DNA of 37,150 nt, taken from assembly GCA_003693705.1 (NCBI GenBank), contig RBZT01000852.1:1-37150 (forward strand), in the 5' to 3' direction. The position numbers and the translations under genes were made by a program. Below the pieces are notes generated by a model. The model worked only from the letters and a program-made list of their open reading frames with translations, did not search any database and was not told the origin of the DNA. This document shows, piece after piece, positions 35,836-37,150 of the stretch. Position 1 is the stretch's first letter; each line of letters begins with the position of its first letter. The DNA is from Polymyxa betae A26-41 (taxonomy: Eukaryota > Protista > Endomyxa: Phytomyxea).

Positions 35836-37061
35836 TGGATTGCATGTTTATGACGTGAATGCAGGAGGTTGCGGCGAAGGGCTCGCAGTGTGCCGAGATG
35901 ATTACCGCATTGGGGCCACCAAGTCCGGGGCTCTGTATCCCGCCTGATGATGACACCATGCAGAAAAAAATAGCCGTGTCGGAGTGCGAGACGCAATCCG
36001 AAATGGGTAAGACGGTGTCCGGCAAGGATTGGATACAGGGATACACAATGGAGAGCTATGCCAATATGCTGGTTGATCGGGAGATTGAAGATGTGCGGCC
36101 TCCGATAGGGCGCAGCCCCCCTCCGGAGCGCAGTTGCTCCCAAGGGTCCTCTTCAAATTCTCAGCTCGACGAAACTGTCGGACCTGTCGAGGGCTCCGAA
36201 GAGTTGGAGCGAATCGAAGGACAGAATGCGGAGTCCGAATTACAGAATGCGGAGTCCGAACAGCACGCTGGACAAAGCGCGACGTTCGAGGATAACTTTA
36301 GAGAGTGCGCAGAGTCCGCAGCAGCAACCGAGGCCAAACAGCCAGCTTTGGCCATTCGTAACGAAACTACCAGCGCCAAGGTACAGCTTCATGACGTTAC
36401 AGATCTCATGGCGAACGTATTTGTTAAGCGCTTTCTCAAGCGTCATTTTTATGGGGATCCACGAGGCGCTCCTGCCTCCAAACGACCTCGATATGAGACA
36501 AGCCCAAACCCTAATTACGCTACGAACCATTCAAACAGCGTCGATCCCGTGACGGACTTTGAAAACGCATCTCGCACATCGACGTCATCGCACGCGGTTC
36601 CGCTTGTCATACCGGCCCTGGGCCTATCCGAATCTCCGCCGCCGCGATCGCCACCAGAGACAGTGCCGCACACGCCGACGCAGCCAAGCGCAGCCCAAGC
36701 GCAGCCTTGTACGCGGCCTCCGGCCTCTGCAGCGCGATCTTCCACGCTGCAGTTCCGACACTCAGTGACGCAACCCGACGCGAATCCCGACGAGGTCGGG
36801 TACGGCTTCGCGCTCGATTACGATCTGCGGGATTGGTTCCGTATGACGGAGACCGTCATAGTAACGTTGGTGACGCTGGTGGTAACGTGTGCCCTGGTCG
36901 TGTCGTTACGCCTGAATCGGGTGACGGAGATCCCACTGGGACTGCGCGATTTCCAGCTGGAGCCGCGCACTTACACGTATCGGACGCTGTCCGGGAAACG
37001 GATCTCGGCTCGCACACTGATTCCGGACTGTTATACGCCGACGGCCGTCTCTGTCGCATAG
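35132..37061 (+). CDS. Orphan type I membrane protein, ~570 aa, 3 exons (35132-35216, 35391-35818, 35865-37061)
   Basis: Signal peptide MGAITPTLIIAVVLALVADLVQS; introns 35217-35390 (phase 1) and 35819-35864 (phase 0) give an open frame; Cys-containing N-region, long S/P/E-rich region, TM VIVTLVTLVVTCALVVSL, short tail. Confidence 0.75.
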
Positions 37062-37150
37062 TCCGAACTGTCTCCATCCTGACCTAAATACTTCATAATA
37101 GCACTTGAGGGCCCGAACCGGTTCTGAATCCATTTTCAGCATATGGGAGG

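Overview
Eukaryotic, not prokaryotic, DNA: short GT-AG introns with CTRAC/TACTAAC-like branch points and TTTAGGG/TTTTAGGG-like motifs. A protist such as a plasmodiophorid is a guess only. The window looks like an accessory, TE-rich and pseudogene-rich region. It contains: (1) a spliced, divergent protein kinase; (2) two 5' remnants of short-LTR Ty1/copia elements that share a primer-binding site complementary to the tRNA-Lys(CUU) anticodon arm, one with its gag fused in-frame to a hAT transposase fragment; (3) a full-length PIF/Harbinger transposon with TAA TSD, TIRs, a DDE transposase and a convergent Myb/SANT + AT-hook gene; (4) a four-copy head-to-tail array of type I membrane proteins (beta-rich N-domain, SUEL/rhamnose-binding lectin, S/P/T stalk, juxtamembrane domain, TM), with one intact, one near-intact and two decayed copies; (5) an RRM gene; (6) a pogo/Tc1-mariner-like non-autonomous element; (7) a secreted acidic protein; (8) an orphan type I membrane protein with telomere-like motifs upstream and in an intron. 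Several frameshifts fall in homopolymers and may be sequencing errors. All calls are by eye, with no database searches.
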